53,731 nt of DNA from a bacterium. Lineage in GTDB: Bacteria; Patescibacteriota; Minisyncoccia; Minisyncoccales; JAZDGI01. The stretch is taken from the NCBI GenBank assembly GCA_043807085.1, contig JAZDGI010000012.1, positions 1 through 53,731 of the forward strand, read 5' to 3'. Shown piece by piece: positions 36,863-46,627 of this stretch. Made by a program: the position numbers and the translations under genes. The notes under the pieces are model-generated. The model was not told the origin of the DNA, searched no databases, and saw nothing but the letters and a program-made list of their open reading frames with translations. Positions within the stretch are counted from its first letter, which is position 1. Each line of letters starts with the position of its first letter.

Positions 36863-37871
36863 CCAGCCGCTAAAAATTTTAATTATCCACACCTGGGGCA
36901 TCGGAGATCTGATTATGTTCACGCCGGCCTTAAGATTGATCAGACAAAATTTCCATGAAGCCCAAATTGATATCTTGATCACTGATAAGCCGGTTTCAGC
37001 CCAGGTACTGGAGGAAAACAGGACGGTTAACAAAATTATTACTTTTTATTGGAAAGAAGGAAGTTTTTTTGAAAAATTAAAACTGATTTCTGAATTAAGA
37101 AAAGAGAAATACGACTGGGCCGTTGTCACCAGCTGGACCAATCAATTCAAGGGCGGGTTGCTGGCATATTTTATCGGCGCCAAAAACCGGATAGGAGTTT
37201 ATAAAAGATTCAAATCTCCTTTTTATACCAAGCAGGCGCCGGGAAAGGAAAGCCGGCCTCGGAGAGAGACTAATCTGGCTCTGGTCAGTCTTATGGGAAT
37301 TAAAGCCGGGGAAAGGCCTGAAGAATTTTTTGAATTCAGCGCCGAAGACGCGGAGTTTGCCAGGGAGTTTGTTCAAAAATCGCCAGGTCCGTTAGATAAA
37401 GTTTTAATCGGCTTTCATCCCGGAGCCGAACCTGTTCATCGGTATTTGCTTTGGCCCAAGGATTATTTTGTGGCGCTGGCGAAAAAAATAACAGAGAATT
37501 ATAAAAACGCGGTTTTGCTGGTTTTTGCCGGTCCCGGGGAAAAAGATATTTGTGATCAAATACTGGCCGAAGTCAAGGAAAATATTCTTTTAGCCAGCGA
37601 TCTGTCCTTAAAGCAGGTGGCGGCTTTAATAGACGTTTGCCGGGTTTTTGTGGCTTCAGACAGCGGCTTGGCCCAAGTAGCTTCAGCCACCAGAACAAAT
37701 TTGATCACGATTTTCGGGCCGTCGGAATCGCGCTTGTTCGCTGGCCAAGGTCCGAGAGTCAAGGTTTTTCAGGCTGAATGTCATCATCCTTATCAGGAAA
37801 ACCGCCAGCACGCCTGCTTAAAAAAAATAACGCCGGAAATGGTTTTTCATGAGCTTAAAAAATTTTTATGA
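36855..37871 (+). CDS. GT9 family glycosyltransferase (heptosyltransferase-like)
   Basis: GIGDLIMFTP, FHPGA...WP, SLKQVAALI, SDSGLAQVA, IFGPS. Confidence 0.88.
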   Translation: MNNQPLKILIIHTWGIGDLIMFTPALRLIRQNFHEAQIDILITDKPVSAQVLEENRTVNKIITFYWKEGSFFEKLKLISELRKEKYDWAVVTSWTNQFKGGLLAYFIGAKNRIGVYKRFKSPFYTKQAPGKESRPRRETNLALVSLMGIKAGERPEEFFEFSAEDAEFAREFVQKSPGPLDKVLIGFHPGAEPVHRYLLWPKDYFVALAKKITENYKNAVLLVFAGPGEKDICDQILAEVKENILLASDLSLKQVAALIDVCRVFVASDSGLAQVASATRTNLITIFGPSESRLFAGQGPRVKVFQAECHHPYQENRQHACLKKITPEMVFHELKKFL

Positions 37872-39136
37872 AGATAATTTTAATAATTCCGCCGTCTCCT
37901 TTTTTAGGAGACCAAAAAAGGAACCCTTCTCTGGGAGTAATGTATATAGCCGCTTTTTTGGAGAAGCAGGGTTATGATGTTGGCATATCCGATTTGAGAA
38001 ATTTGAAGGAGGAATATTGGCTGGATAAAGCGCCAGTAGCCGATGTTTACGGCCTGACCGCGGCTACGCCGGAATATCCTTTGGCGGTAAAAATAGCCCG
38101 TCATTTGAAATCGCGGGACAAAAAATGCTTGATTGTTTTAGGCGGCATTCACGCGACAGCGGACAAAAATAATTTAGACCCTGTTTTTGATTCAGTTATT
38201 ACCGGCGAGGGAGAACTGGCAATGCTGGATTTGCTGAAAGATTTTGAAAAAGGGTCAAGTAAAAAATATTATCAGGGATCTTTTATAGAAAATCTGGACG
38301 AATTGCCTTTTCCAGCTCGGCATTTGTTGCCCCTTGACTCTGTTTTTTCAGATAAACTTTGCATTAAAGGGGAAATGGCGACTTCCATTATCGCCAGCCG
38401 AGGATGCCCTTATAATTGTTCTTTTTGCGCTTCTAAGGCTATGTGGGGCAGAAAAGTTAGATTTCGGAGTCCGGACAACGTCATTGCCGAGATCAAGGAA
38501 GTTATTGAAAAATATAATGTCCGCCAATTCAGGTTTCAGGACGACACCATAGCCGCCAATAGAGACTGGCTGTTTGAGCTTGCAGAGAAAATGAAGCCCT
38601 TAAATATTGTCTGGCGCGCCAACAACAGAGTCAACTGTTCCCAGAAAGATATTCTTTTGGCTATGAAAGAGGCCGGCTGTTATGAAATTGATTACGGTAT
38701 AGAGAGCCTGTCGGAAAACGTGCTGAAAATAAACAATAAATTGATAAAAGTAGAAGATATTTACGCCGCGGTCAAAACCGCCAAGGATGTCGGGCTGAAG
38801 ATCAGATTATTTTTTATGATCGGTTTGCCTGGCCAGAACAAAGACGAAGGCGATAAAATAATAAAATTTATTGAGGAGGTAAGGCCGGACGGAGTTGACG
38901 TGTCAACCTTGATACCTTTTCCGGGCTGCGATATTTACAACGATCCCTCAAAATACAACATAGAAATTTTAAACAGAGATTTCAGCTCTTACGTTTTTAC
39001 TCTCGGGCTGTACGGAGACGAAGCGGAAAAAGACTTTATTTTTAAGCACGATATTTTAAGCAACGAAGAATTAAAGCAAGAAAGGCGGAAAATCCTTGAA
39101 TATATCAGGAATTACAACTTGACATTAAACAAATAA
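37868..39136 (+). CDS. B12-binding radical SAM protein 3
   Basis: PSLGVMYIAA, GGIHAT, GEGE, ASRGCPYNCSFC, FQDD, GIES, MIGLPG. Confidence 0.9.
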   Translation: MKIILIIPPSPFLGDQKRNPSLGVMYIAAFLEKQGYDVGISDLRNLKEEYWLDKAPVADVYGLTAATPEYPLAVKIARHLKSRDKKCLIVLGGIHATADKNNLDPVFDSVITGEGELAMLDLLKDFEKGSSKKYYQGSFIENLDELPFPARHLLPLDSVFSDKLCIKGEMATSIIASRGCPYNCSFCASKAMWGRKVRFRSPDNVIAEIKEVIEKYNVRQFRFQDDTIAANRDWLFELAEKMKPLNIVWRANNRVNCSQKDILLAMKEAGCYEIDYGIESLSENVLKINNKLIKVEDIYAAVKTAKDVGLKIRLFFMIGLPGQNKDEGDKIIKFIEEVRPDGVDVSTLIPFPGCDIYNDPSKYNIEILNRDFSSYVFTLGLYGDEAEKDFIFKHDILSNEELKQERRKILEYIRNYNLTLNK

Positions 39137-39156
39137 GTATGTATTATTAAACGAGT

Positions 39157-39729
39157 ATGCAGGAAGAAATCAGAGCGCAATTCAACCAGAATATTGAGCT
39201 TCACAAAAGGTCTTTGGAAGGGCTGGTTCCCAAAATCGTTCAAGCCGCTGATTTGATTATCAAGGCTTACGAGGCTGGAAACAAATTATTGCTTTGCGGC
39301 AACGGAGGTTCGGCCGCCGATTGCCAGCATTTGGCCGCTGAATTTGTCGGCCGCTTCAAAAAAGAAAGAAAGGGCCTGCCAGCCATTGCCTTGACAACAG
39401 ACACCTCTATAATGACTTCGGTGGCTAATGACTATTGGTATGATTTTCTGTTTGCCAGGCAGGTTGAGGCCCTAGGCCAAAAAGGAGATGTCTTGCTGGC
39501 TATTTCCACCAGCGGAAACTCCACCAATATCGTCAGAGCGGTTGAAATGGCGAATTTTGAGGGATTAAAAACAATCGGGCTTTTGGGCGGGGCCGACGGC
39601 GGGAAATTGAAAGATTTGGTGCAGGTTCCCCTGATTGTTCCCTTTGACGGTTCAGATAGGGTGCAGGAAGTCCATATTTTAATCGGCCATATCATCTGCA
39701 GTTTAATAGATTCTCATTTTTCTAAATAA
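39157..39729 (+). CDS. gmhA: Phosphoheptose isomerase
   Basis: CGNGGSAADCQHLAAE, ALTTDTS, ISTSGNS, RVQEVH. Confidence 0.95.
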   Translation: MQEEIRAQFNQNIELHKRSLEGLVPKIVQAADLIIKAYEAGNKLLLCGNGGSAADCQHLAAEFVGRFKKERKGLPAIALTTDTSIMTSVANDYWYDFLFARQVEALGQKGDVLLAISTSGNSTNIVRAVEMANFEGLKTIGLLGGADGGKLKDLVQVPLIVPFDGSDRVQEVHILIGHIICSLIDSHFSK

Positions 39730-39733
39730 TTAT

Positions 39734-40714
39734 ATGGAACAATTTTTAAATATCGTTAAAAATTTCAAAAATCTAAAGATTTTAGTGGTGGGCGATGTTA
39801 TGCTTGACGAGTACGTCAAGGGAGATGTCAATCGGATTTCTCCGGAAGCTCCCATTCCCGTTTTAGACATTAAAGACATTTTTTATACCCCGGGCGGAGC
39901 GGCTAATACGGCTTGCAACGCGAGTTCTCTGGGAGGGAAAGTTTTTCTGGCCGGAGTCATAGGCGGGGAGGATAAAGGCAAACTTTTGACAAAACTTTTA
40001 AGGGAAAAAGGAATTAATACCGACGGAGTTTTTATTGAAGAAAACCGAAAGACCACAACCAAAACCAGGGCCGTGGCTAGGTCCCAGCAGCTGGTCCGTC
40101 TTGACTGGGAAGACAAAAATCCTATTTTGCCGGAGACCGAACAAAAAATCATTAATTTTGTTTCAGCCAGCGTCAAAGACGTCAACGCACTTATAATTTC
40201 CGATTACGCCAAGGGAGTCATCACTCCAGTCTTGGCCAGGAAACTTTTGGATATTGCTTTTCATGCTAATATCCAATGCTTTGTTGATCCAAAGGGAGAG
40301 GATTATTCAAAATATCGGGGATGCGGCATTGTTACGCCCAATGAGAAAGAGCTGGCTCAAGCTTTAAAGCTGGAGATTAAAGACGACCAAACCGTTATCC
40401 AGGCCGGGAAAATGCTTTTGGCTCATGTGATGTGCGAAAACGTGCTGGTGAAAAGAGGAGGAAAAGGAATGATGCTTTTTGAGAAAAACGGAAATATAAT
40501 TTTATCTCCGGCCACTAATAAAAGCGCTGTTGATGTTTCCGGAGCCGGCGATACGGCTATTGCCGCTTTTGTTCTGGCGCGGACAGGCGGCGCCAGCTTG
40601 AAAGAAGCAATGGATATTGCCAGCTGCGCCTGCGGCATTGAAGTCGGCAAAGCCGGCACAGCCGTTGTCTTGCCCGAAGAGCTGGAAGAAAGCATTAAAA
40701 CCAATTTGTCTTAA
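39734..40714 (+). CDS. hldE: Heptose 7-phosphate kinase (stand-alone HldE kinase domain, RfaE1/HldA-type)
   Basis: VGDVMLD, RISPEAPIP, GGAANTA, SDYAKG, DVSGAGDT. Confidence 0.88.
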   Translation: MEQFLNIVKNFKNLKILVVGDVMLDEYVKGDVNRISPEAPIPVLDIKDIFYTPGGAANTACNASSLGGKVFLAGVIGGEDKGKLLTKLLREKGINTDGVFIEENRKTTTKTRAVARSQQLVRLDWEDKNPILPETEQKIINFVSASVKDVNALIISDYAKGVITPVLARKLLDIAFHANIQCFVDPKGEDYSKYRGCGIVTPNEKELAQALKLEIKDDQTVIQAGKMLLAHVMCENVLVKRGGKGMMLFEKNGNIILSPATNKSAVDVSGAGDTAIAAFVLARTGGASLKEAMDIASCACGIEVGKAGTAVVLPEELEESIKTNLS

Positions 40715-41721
40715 TGGCCAGTCAAAAAATAAAAAACCGGAAAGAAATCGTCCGGATTGTTAAAAATCTTAAAAAACAAGGCAAGAAAATCGTAACCTAT
40801 AACGGCTCTTTTGATCTTTTGCATTCGGGACACATTACTTCTCTGGAAGAAGCGAAAAGCCGCGGCGACATACTTATTGTTCTTTTGAACAGCGACCAGT
40901 CGGTGAAATCATACAAGGGCCCGACGCGGCCGATAATTCCCGAAGGCGAAAGAGCCAGAATGCTGGCGGCTTTAGCCTGCGTGGATTATCTTGTTCTTTT
41001 TGACGAGATAAATCCGAAAAAGATATTGTCTGAAATAAAATCCAATGTCCACTGCAACGGCGCTGATTGGGGCAGAGACTGCGTGGAAAGGGAGGCAGTG
41101 GAGAAAAACAACGGAATAATATATATTTTAAAATGGGCGCCCGGTTTTTCAACGACCAGATTGATTGAAAGCGTCCAGAAAGCCTGCGCCAGCCAAGAAG
41201 TTAAAGCGGTTTTTTTTGACCGAGACGGCACAATAAATTATAACCGGCCCGAGTATCTCCACAAAATAGAAGATTTCAGGTTTGTTAAGGGCGCGATACC
41301 GGCTCTTTTGAAATTAAGCAAAACAGATTACAAGATTATCATTATCACCAATCAATCGGGCATTGGCCGGGGATATTTCAAAGAAAGCGATTTTCAAAAG
41401 CTGACCAAATGGCTGATTAGCTATCTTAAAAAACGGAAAATCAGGATTGATAGAGTTTATCATTGCCCCCATGATCCGGAAGCAGGCTGTTCCTGCCGGA
41501 AGCCGGCAATTGGCATGCTGACGAAGGCGGTCAAAGAGCTCGGCGTCAGTTTAAATCATAGCTGGATTATTGGCGACGACGAAAGGGACGTCATTATGGG
41601 CAGGGAGGCGAACGTCAAAACAATAAAACTCGGAGAAAAAATGAAGAAAAGTTTCAGGCTTCAGCCTAATTTTTACGCTAAGAATTTAGGCGAAGCGGTT
41701 AAAATTATTTGCGCCAAATGA
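40714..41721 (+). CDS. Fusion of heptose-1-phosphate adenylyltransferase (HldE C-terminal/HldC-type) and GmhB heptose bisphosphate phosphatase
   Basis: N-terminal GSFDLLHSGH, NSDQSV..YKGPTRP, STT; C-terminal FDRDGTIN, TNQSG, CPH...CSCRKP, IGD. Confidence 0.88.
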   Translation: MASQKIKNRKEIVRIVKNLKKQGKKIVTYNGSFDLLHSGHITSLEEAKSRGDILIVLLNSDQSVKSYKGPTRPIIPEGERARMLAALACVDYLVLFDEINPKKILSEIKSNVHCNGADWGRDCVEREAVEKNNGIIYILKWAPGFSTTRLIESVQKACASQEVKAVFFDRDGTINYNRPEYLHKIEDFRFVKGAIPALLKLSKTDYKIIIITNQSGIGRGYFKESDFQKLTKWLISYLKKRKIRIDRVYHCPHDPEAGCSCRKPAIGMLTKAVKELGVSLNHSWIIGDDERDVIMGREANVKTIKLGEKMKKSFRLQPNFYAKNLGEAVKIICAK

Positions 41722-43055
41722 AAATCAAAGGAGACAAAAGCTATATTTTCCACCGGCGGCTGGACTATGCCTATCCGATTATTACTCATGGAAAAGGAAT
41801 TTACCTTTATGACGAGGAGGGTAAACGTTATATTGATGCTTGCGGCGGGGCTATTGTGGCGAATTTAGGGCACGGCTTAAAAGGAATCGCCAGGGAAATC
41901 GGAAAATTAGCCGCAAGGTTTAATTATCTTCACGGCTCCCAGTTTACGACCAGAGTAATGGAAGATTATGCCCGGAATTTGGTAAAAACAGCCCCCAAGG
42001 GATTAAATAAAGTTTTTTTTGTTTCCGGCGGTTCGGAAGCAGTAGAATCGGCGATAAAATTGGCCAGGCAATACCATTATGACGCCGGAAGCAAATCAAA
42101 ATATAAGATAATCTGCCGGCAGCCGGCTTATCACGGCTCAACGATTTTAACTTTATCTTTGTCCAGCAAGCCGGGTATGAGAAAACCGCAGGAGCCTTTT
42201 ATTCTGAAATTTCCGACGATTCCCGCTCCCTTTTGCTACCGGTGTCCTTTTGGCAGAGCTTATCCTGGCTGCGGTTTAAAATGCGCCAAAGCATTAGAAG
42301 AGACTATTAAAAAAGAAGGGCCAGAAACCGTTTGCGCTTTTATCGCAGAGCCGGTAATCGGAGCTTCTATCGGAGCTGTGGTGCCGCCTTTTGAATATCT
42401 TTCCGCTGTCAAAAAGATTTGCGCCAAATACAACGTGCTTTTGATTTCAGATGAAGTAATGTCCGGGTTCGGCCGGACCGGAAAATGGTTTGCCTCGCAG
42501 CATTTCAATTGTGCGCCGGATATCGCGGTAATAGGCAAGGGGATTGGCGGCGGTTTTGTGCCTCTGGCAGCCGTCTTTTGCCAGGAAAAGATTTTAACGA
42601 CTATCAAAAAGGGGAGTGGAAATTTTATTCACGGCTTTACTTTTGAAAACAATCCTTTTACAACCGGTGTGGGCCAGTTAGTCTTAAGGTACGTTAGAAA
42701 ACGCCAGCTCGTTGAAAAATGCGCCAAAATGGGAAAATATCTTATGACACAACTTAAAACATTAGATAAAATTAGCATTGTTGGCGATGTCCGCGGGCTG
42801 GGCCTTTTGACAGCCGTGGAGTTTGTTCAAAACAAAAAAACAAAAAAGCCTTTTTCGCGTGAAAACCATCTGGCGGAAAAAATCGTCCAGGCGGCGATGA
42901 GAAAAGGTCTGAATTTGTATTTTGCCGTTGGCTTTGAAAGGGGTCAGGGAGACGCGGTAATGGTCGCTCCGCCCCTGACGGTGACCAAAAAAGAAATTGA
43001 TAAAATTGTCGCTATTTTTAAAGAAGCAATAAATGAAGGAGCATCAAATTCATAA
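41718..43055 (+). CDS. Class III PLP aminotransferase
   Basis: YIDACGG, SGGSEAVE, YHG, AEPV, DEVMSGFGRTG, GKG, RGLGL. ATG at 41718. Confidence 0.92.
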   Translation: MKIKGDKSYIFHRRLDYAYPIITHGKGIYLYDEEGKRYIDACGGAIVANLGHGLKGIAREIGKLAARFNYLHGSQFTTRVMEDYARNLVKTAPKGLNKVFFVSGGSEAVESAIKLARQYHYDAGSKSKYKIICRQPAYHGSTILTLSLSSKPGMRKPQEPFILKFPTIPAPFCYRCPFGRAYPGCGLKCAKALEETIKKEGPETVCAFIAEPVIGASIGAVVPPFEYLSAVKKICAKYNVLLISDEVMSGFGRTGKWFASQHFNCAPDIAVIGKGIGGGFVPLAAVFCQEKILTTIKKGSGNFIHGFTFENNPFTTGVGQLVLRYVRKRQLVEKCAKMGKYLMTQLKTLDKISIVGDVRGLGLLTAVEFVQNKKTKKPFSRENHLAEKIVQAAMRKGLNLYFAVGFERGQGDAVMVAPPLTVTKKEIDKIVAIFKEAINEGASNS

Positions 43056-44226
43056 ATTTTCCAATAAACTCCTGCAAAGATCTGTTTTTCCTCATTTGAA
43101 AAAATATATTAGCTGGCAGCTGGGCCAAGATAAATTTGAATATGAAGCAAACGGCTATTCTTTCGCTCCCTTGTCCATAAACCTTGACCTGACGACTGCC
43201 TGCAACAACCAATGCCCCTTTTGCATAGACAAGCTTGTTTTAAATACCGGAAAAATTTTGGACTTTAATTATTTATCCGGCCTGATAAAAAAATGGAGTA
43301 AAGACGGCTTAAAATCGGTCATCATCCTGGGAGGAGGGGAGCCGACCATTTATCCTGATTTTGAAAAAGTAATTCAGCTTTTGAAAGAACACGGCCTGCA
43401 GATAGGAATTGTGACTAACGGGCTTCAGATGCAGAGAATAGAAAACGTCGGCGATTTATTCCGAGAAAAAGATTGGATCAGGCTTTCTCTTGACGCCGGA
43501 ACTGACGAAACTTTTCAGAGGCTTCATCTACCGCGCCTGAAAATAACTCTGGAAAAAATTTTGGATGATGTTTCCAGACTAAAGAAAAAAAATCCCAAAC
43601 TGCAGATTGGTTTTTCCTTTCTGGTAATACCGGGCAGCGTTTGCTCTGGCATTAAGCTTGCCGATAATCTTGGCGAGATTTTTTCGGCCGCTCAAAAAGC
43701 CAAAGAGTCGGGCTTCTCTTACCTTTCTTTGAAACCTTTTATAAATTTTGACATCTCCCGCCAGACCGATTTTCCAGCCGATCGGCTTGAGGAATTAAAA
43801 AGTCAGGTGAAAAAAGCCAAAGAGGAGTGCGATGATGAAAATTTTAAAGTGATGGAAAGCGTCAATCTTTTAGCTCTGCTTGAGGCTAAAGATCTGGAAA
43901 ACCAGGAAAAATGCAAAACCTGCCATTACCAGTTTTTCCGGCTGGCGGTTATGCCTGACGGAGTTTTTATTTGTCCTTTGTGGCGGGGAGTAAAACTCAA
44001 AGAAGCCCGCATTCAAGACGCCAACAGAGAAATAAACGACGAGTATTTTTCAGAGCTTCATAAAAACAGAGTCAGAGCGATAAAAGAATTTAACGCCCAG
44101 AAAATTTGCGCTCATTCTTTTTGCCTGCCCAATTCTTCAAACCAAATGATAGACGAACTGATCAAGAATAAGCAGGTCAGAGAAAAATTGGGGCCAATAG
44201 ACGATTTCAACGATTATTTTTTATGA
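43033..44226 (+). CDS. Radical SAM protein with twitch-like C-terminal Cys cluster
   Basis: DLTTACNNQCPFC, GGGEP, VTNG, SLDAG; C-terminal CKTC...DGVFIC. Confidence 0.85.
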   Translation: MKEHQIHKFSNKLLQRSVFPHLKKYISWQLGQDKFEYEANGYSFAPLSINLDLTTACNNQCPFCIDKLVLNTGKILDFNYLSGLIKKWSKDGLKSVIILGGGEPTIYPDFEKVIQLLKEHGLQIGIVTNGLQMQRIENVGDLFREKDWIRLSLDAGTDETFQRLHLPRLKITLEKILDDVSRLKKKNPKLQIGFSFLVIPGSVCSGIKLADNLGEIFSAAQKAKESGFSYLSLKPFINFDISRQTDFPADRLEELKSQVKKAKEECDDENFKVMESVNLLALLEAKDLENQEKCKTCHYQFFRLAVMPDGVFICPLWRGVKLKEARIQDANREINDEYFSELHKNRVRAIKEFNAQKICAHSFCLPNSSNQMIDELIKNKQVREKLGPIDDFNDYFL

Positions 44227-45251
44227 TTTCAGTAATTATTCCCTGCCGCAACGAGCAAAATTATATCGCCCAATGCCTGGACTCAATCGTTTCCCAGAAT
44301 TTTCCCAAAGAGAATCTGGAAGTTTTGTTGGTGGACGGCAATTCGCAGGACAAGACAAAAGAAATTGTCCAAGACTACATTCAGAAATATCCCTTTTTGA
44401 GGCTTTTGGAAAATCCCAGAAAATTTGCGGCGTTTGGATTGAATATCGGAATAAAAAAAGCCAGCGGCGAAATTATCGTCAGGATGGACGCCCACGCAGC
44501 TTACCAAAAAGATTATGTCTCAAAATGCGTAAAATATCTGAAAGAATACGAGAAGGCTGATAATGTCGGCGGAGCGATCAAGACTTTGCCAGCCGAAAAT
44601 ACTTTGGCCGCCAAAGCTATTGCCATTATTTTATCCGGTCGGCTGGGGGCGGCCAGCTCTTTCAGGCTTGGTTCAGATAAGGTTATGGAAGTTGATACGG
44701 TTTTTGGCGGCTGTTTTAGGAAAAAGATTTTTGACAAAATCGGTTTTTTTGACGAGAGAATGGCTAGGGCCCAGGATATTGAATTCAATAAAAGGCTGAT
44801 AAGGTCTGGCGGAAAAATTATCTTGGCTCCGGATATTTTGGCTGTTTATTATCCGGAATCAACTCTTTTGGGCTTTTGGAAACATAATTTTCAAGACGGA
44901 TTCTGGGTTATTTACCCCTTAAAATTCGGCGTAAGGTATTTCTCTTTGAGGCACCTGCTTCCTTTGGCCTTGACCGGAGCAGTTCTCTTTAGCTTGTTTT
45001 TAAGCCTTTTTTTATTTTTGGGAAAAGTCCTGTTTGTTCTGGCCTTCGGCCCTTATCTTTTTTTCGTTTCCCTGCTTTGCCTGCAGATTTCGTTCAAAAG
45101 AAAGGAGGGATTAAAGATTTTTCCTTATTTGATATTGGCTGTTTTTTGTCGGCATTTTGGCTACGGTATAGGCTCCTTATTTGGCATGATAAAAATACTC
45201 AAAGAGAAGTTGCATGAGGTCGGACATCATGCAAAACCTTATACGAAATAA
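44223..45251 (+). CDS. GT2 glycosyltransferase with C-terminal TM helices (ExoA-like)
   Basis: VIIPCRNE, VDGNSQD, RMDAH, QDIEFNKR, three hydrophobic C-terminal segments. Confidence 0.88.
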   Translation: MISVIIPCRNEQNYIAQCLDSIVSQNFPKENLEVLLVDGNSQDKTKEIVQDYIQKYPFLRLLENPRKFAAFGLNIGIKKASGEIIVRMDAHAAYQKDYVSKCVKYLKEYEKADNVGGAIKTLPAENTLAAKAIAIILSGRLGAASSFRLGSDKVMEVDTVFGGCFRKKIFDKIGFFDERMARAQDIEFNKRLIRSGGKIILAPDILAVYYPESTLLGFWKHNFQDGFWVIYPLKFGVRYFSLRHLLPLALTGAVLFSLFLSLFLFLGKVLFVLAFGPYLFFVSLLCLQISFKRKEGLKIFPYLILAVFCRHFGYGIGSLFGMIKILKEKLHEVGHHAKPYTK

Positions 45252-45255
45252 TTTT

Positions 45256-46005
45256 ATGGAAGAAAGAAAAGAAGTTGAAATCAAGCACTATGATCAAAAG
45301 GCTGAAAAGATTTCCGAAGAATATTTTTTTGAGAAGTTTAAGTCGCCGGAATTGGCAAGCTTTAAGTTTGTTTACGGGCTTTTAAAAAAGCGCTGCCAAG
45401 ATAAAATAGTTTTGGATTACGGCTGCGGCAATGGCGTTCATGCTCTTGCCATAGCCAAAATGGGCGCGCGAAAAGTTATGGCCATTGATTTGTCGGAAAA
45501 GTCGCTGGAAATTGCCAGACGCCTGGCTCCCAATGTTGAGTTTTTGGTTATGGATTGCGAAAAAATGGATTTTCCGAATAATTATTTTGACGTTATTTTT
45601 GACGGCGGCATTTTTTCTTCTCTGGACCTGAAATTAGCTTATCCGGAATTGGCCAGGGTTTTAAAGCCGCAGGGCTTATTGATTGGTATTGAGACTTTTG
45701 GCCATAATCCCATTGCCAATCTATATAGAAAGTTTAATAAATTGGCCGGTAAAAGAACGAGCTGGGCGGTAAACCATATTTTGCAGGAAAAAGATTTCAA
45801 ACTTGCTGAAAATTATTTCCAGAAAATTGAGGCTGAATATTTTCATTTAATCTCGTGGCTAGCTTTTCCTTTTTTAAAGTTGCCTGGCGGAAAAATTCTT
45901 TTAAGAATGTCTGAAACGGCTGATAAAATTTTTCTTTCCATTCCTTTTTTCAAAAAATACGCCTTTAAAGTAGTGTTCGTTTTTTATGGCAAAAAGATTA
46001 TTTGA
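45256..46005 (+). CDS. Class I SAM-dependent methyltransferase
   Basis: VLDYGCGNG, AIDLS, MDCE...FDVI. ATG at 45256. Confidence 0.85.
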   Translation: MEERKEVEIKHYDQKAEKISEEYFFEKFKSPELASFKFVYGLLKKRCQDKIVLDYGCGNGVHALAIAKMGARKVMAIDLSEKSLEIARRLAPNVEFLVMDCEKMDFPNNYFDVIFDGGIFSSLDLKLAYPELARVLKPQGLLIGIETFGHNPIANLYRKFNKLAGKRTSWAVNHILQEKDFKLAENYFQKIEAEYFHLISWLAFPFLKLPGGKILLRMSETADKIFLSIPFFKKYAFKVVFVFYGKKII

Positions 46006-46579
46006 TGTTATTTTTTCGTTTTTGGGGCTGGCTGTTGTCTGGCCGGTTTTGATTTTGCTGGCGGTTTTAATTAAAAAAGAATCCACGGGGTCGGTTTTTT
46101 ATTGCGGCCAGAGAGCGGGCAAAGGAGGCAGGCCGTTTAAAATGCTTAAGTTTCGGAGCATGGTTGTAGACGCTGATAAAATCGGCGGACCTTCAACGTC
46201 TGGCGACGATCCTCGGCTGACTAAAACCGGCAAATTTTTAAGGAGACACAATCTGGATGAGCTTCCTCAACTGATTAATATATTGAAGGGAGAAATGAGT
46301 TTTGTCGGGCCAAGACCCGAGGTGCTTTCAGAAGTGGAAACTTACGACGAAGAAACTAAAAGGATTATTTTGTCCGTAAGGCCCGGGCTGACCGATTTGG
46401 CTACGTTGGAAGATGTTCATGAAGAAGAAATTTTAAAAGGAAGCCCGGATCCTCACGAAGCTTATTGCCGGTTAATCAGGCCTAAAAAACTGGCTTTAGC
46501 CAAAGAGTACGTCCAGAAGAGATCCTTCTGGCTGGATATCAAAATAATTCTCAAAACTCTTCGCGCCGCCATTTTTTAA
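45986..46579 (+). CDS. Initiating phosphoglycosyltransferase (Bac_transf; PglC/WcaJ C-terminal type)
   Basis: KRLFD, FKMLKFRSM, DPRLT..G.FLR...LDELPQL.N...GEMSFVGPRP. Confidence 0.93.
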   Translation: MAKRLFDVIFSFLGLAVVWPVLILLAVLIKKESTGSVFYCGQRAGKGGRPFKMLKFRSMVVDADKIGGPSTSGDDPRLTKTGKFLRRHNLDELPQLINILKGEMSFVGPRPEVLSEVETYDEETKRIILSVRPGLTDLATLEDVHEEEILKGSPDPHEAYCRLIRPKKLALAKEYVQKRSFWLDIKIILKTLRAAIF

Positions 46580-46592
46580 AAGGTTTCGGTAA

Positions 46593-46620
46593 TTGATTTT
46601 TAGGGAAATTCAGTTATAAT
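46593..46620 (+). promoter_or_regulatory. Internal sigma70-type promoter before the transketolase genes (possibly leaderless)
   Basis: TTGATT (46593-46598), 16 nt, TATAAT (46615-46620); ATG at 46628. Confidence 0.5.
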
Positions 46621-46627
46621 GGCGAAT

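Noticed and set aside
36855-41721. Classical LPS inner-core biosynthesis
   Set aside because: No lipid A, Kdo, WaaA or HldD genes in the window. Cannot be excluded genome-wide.
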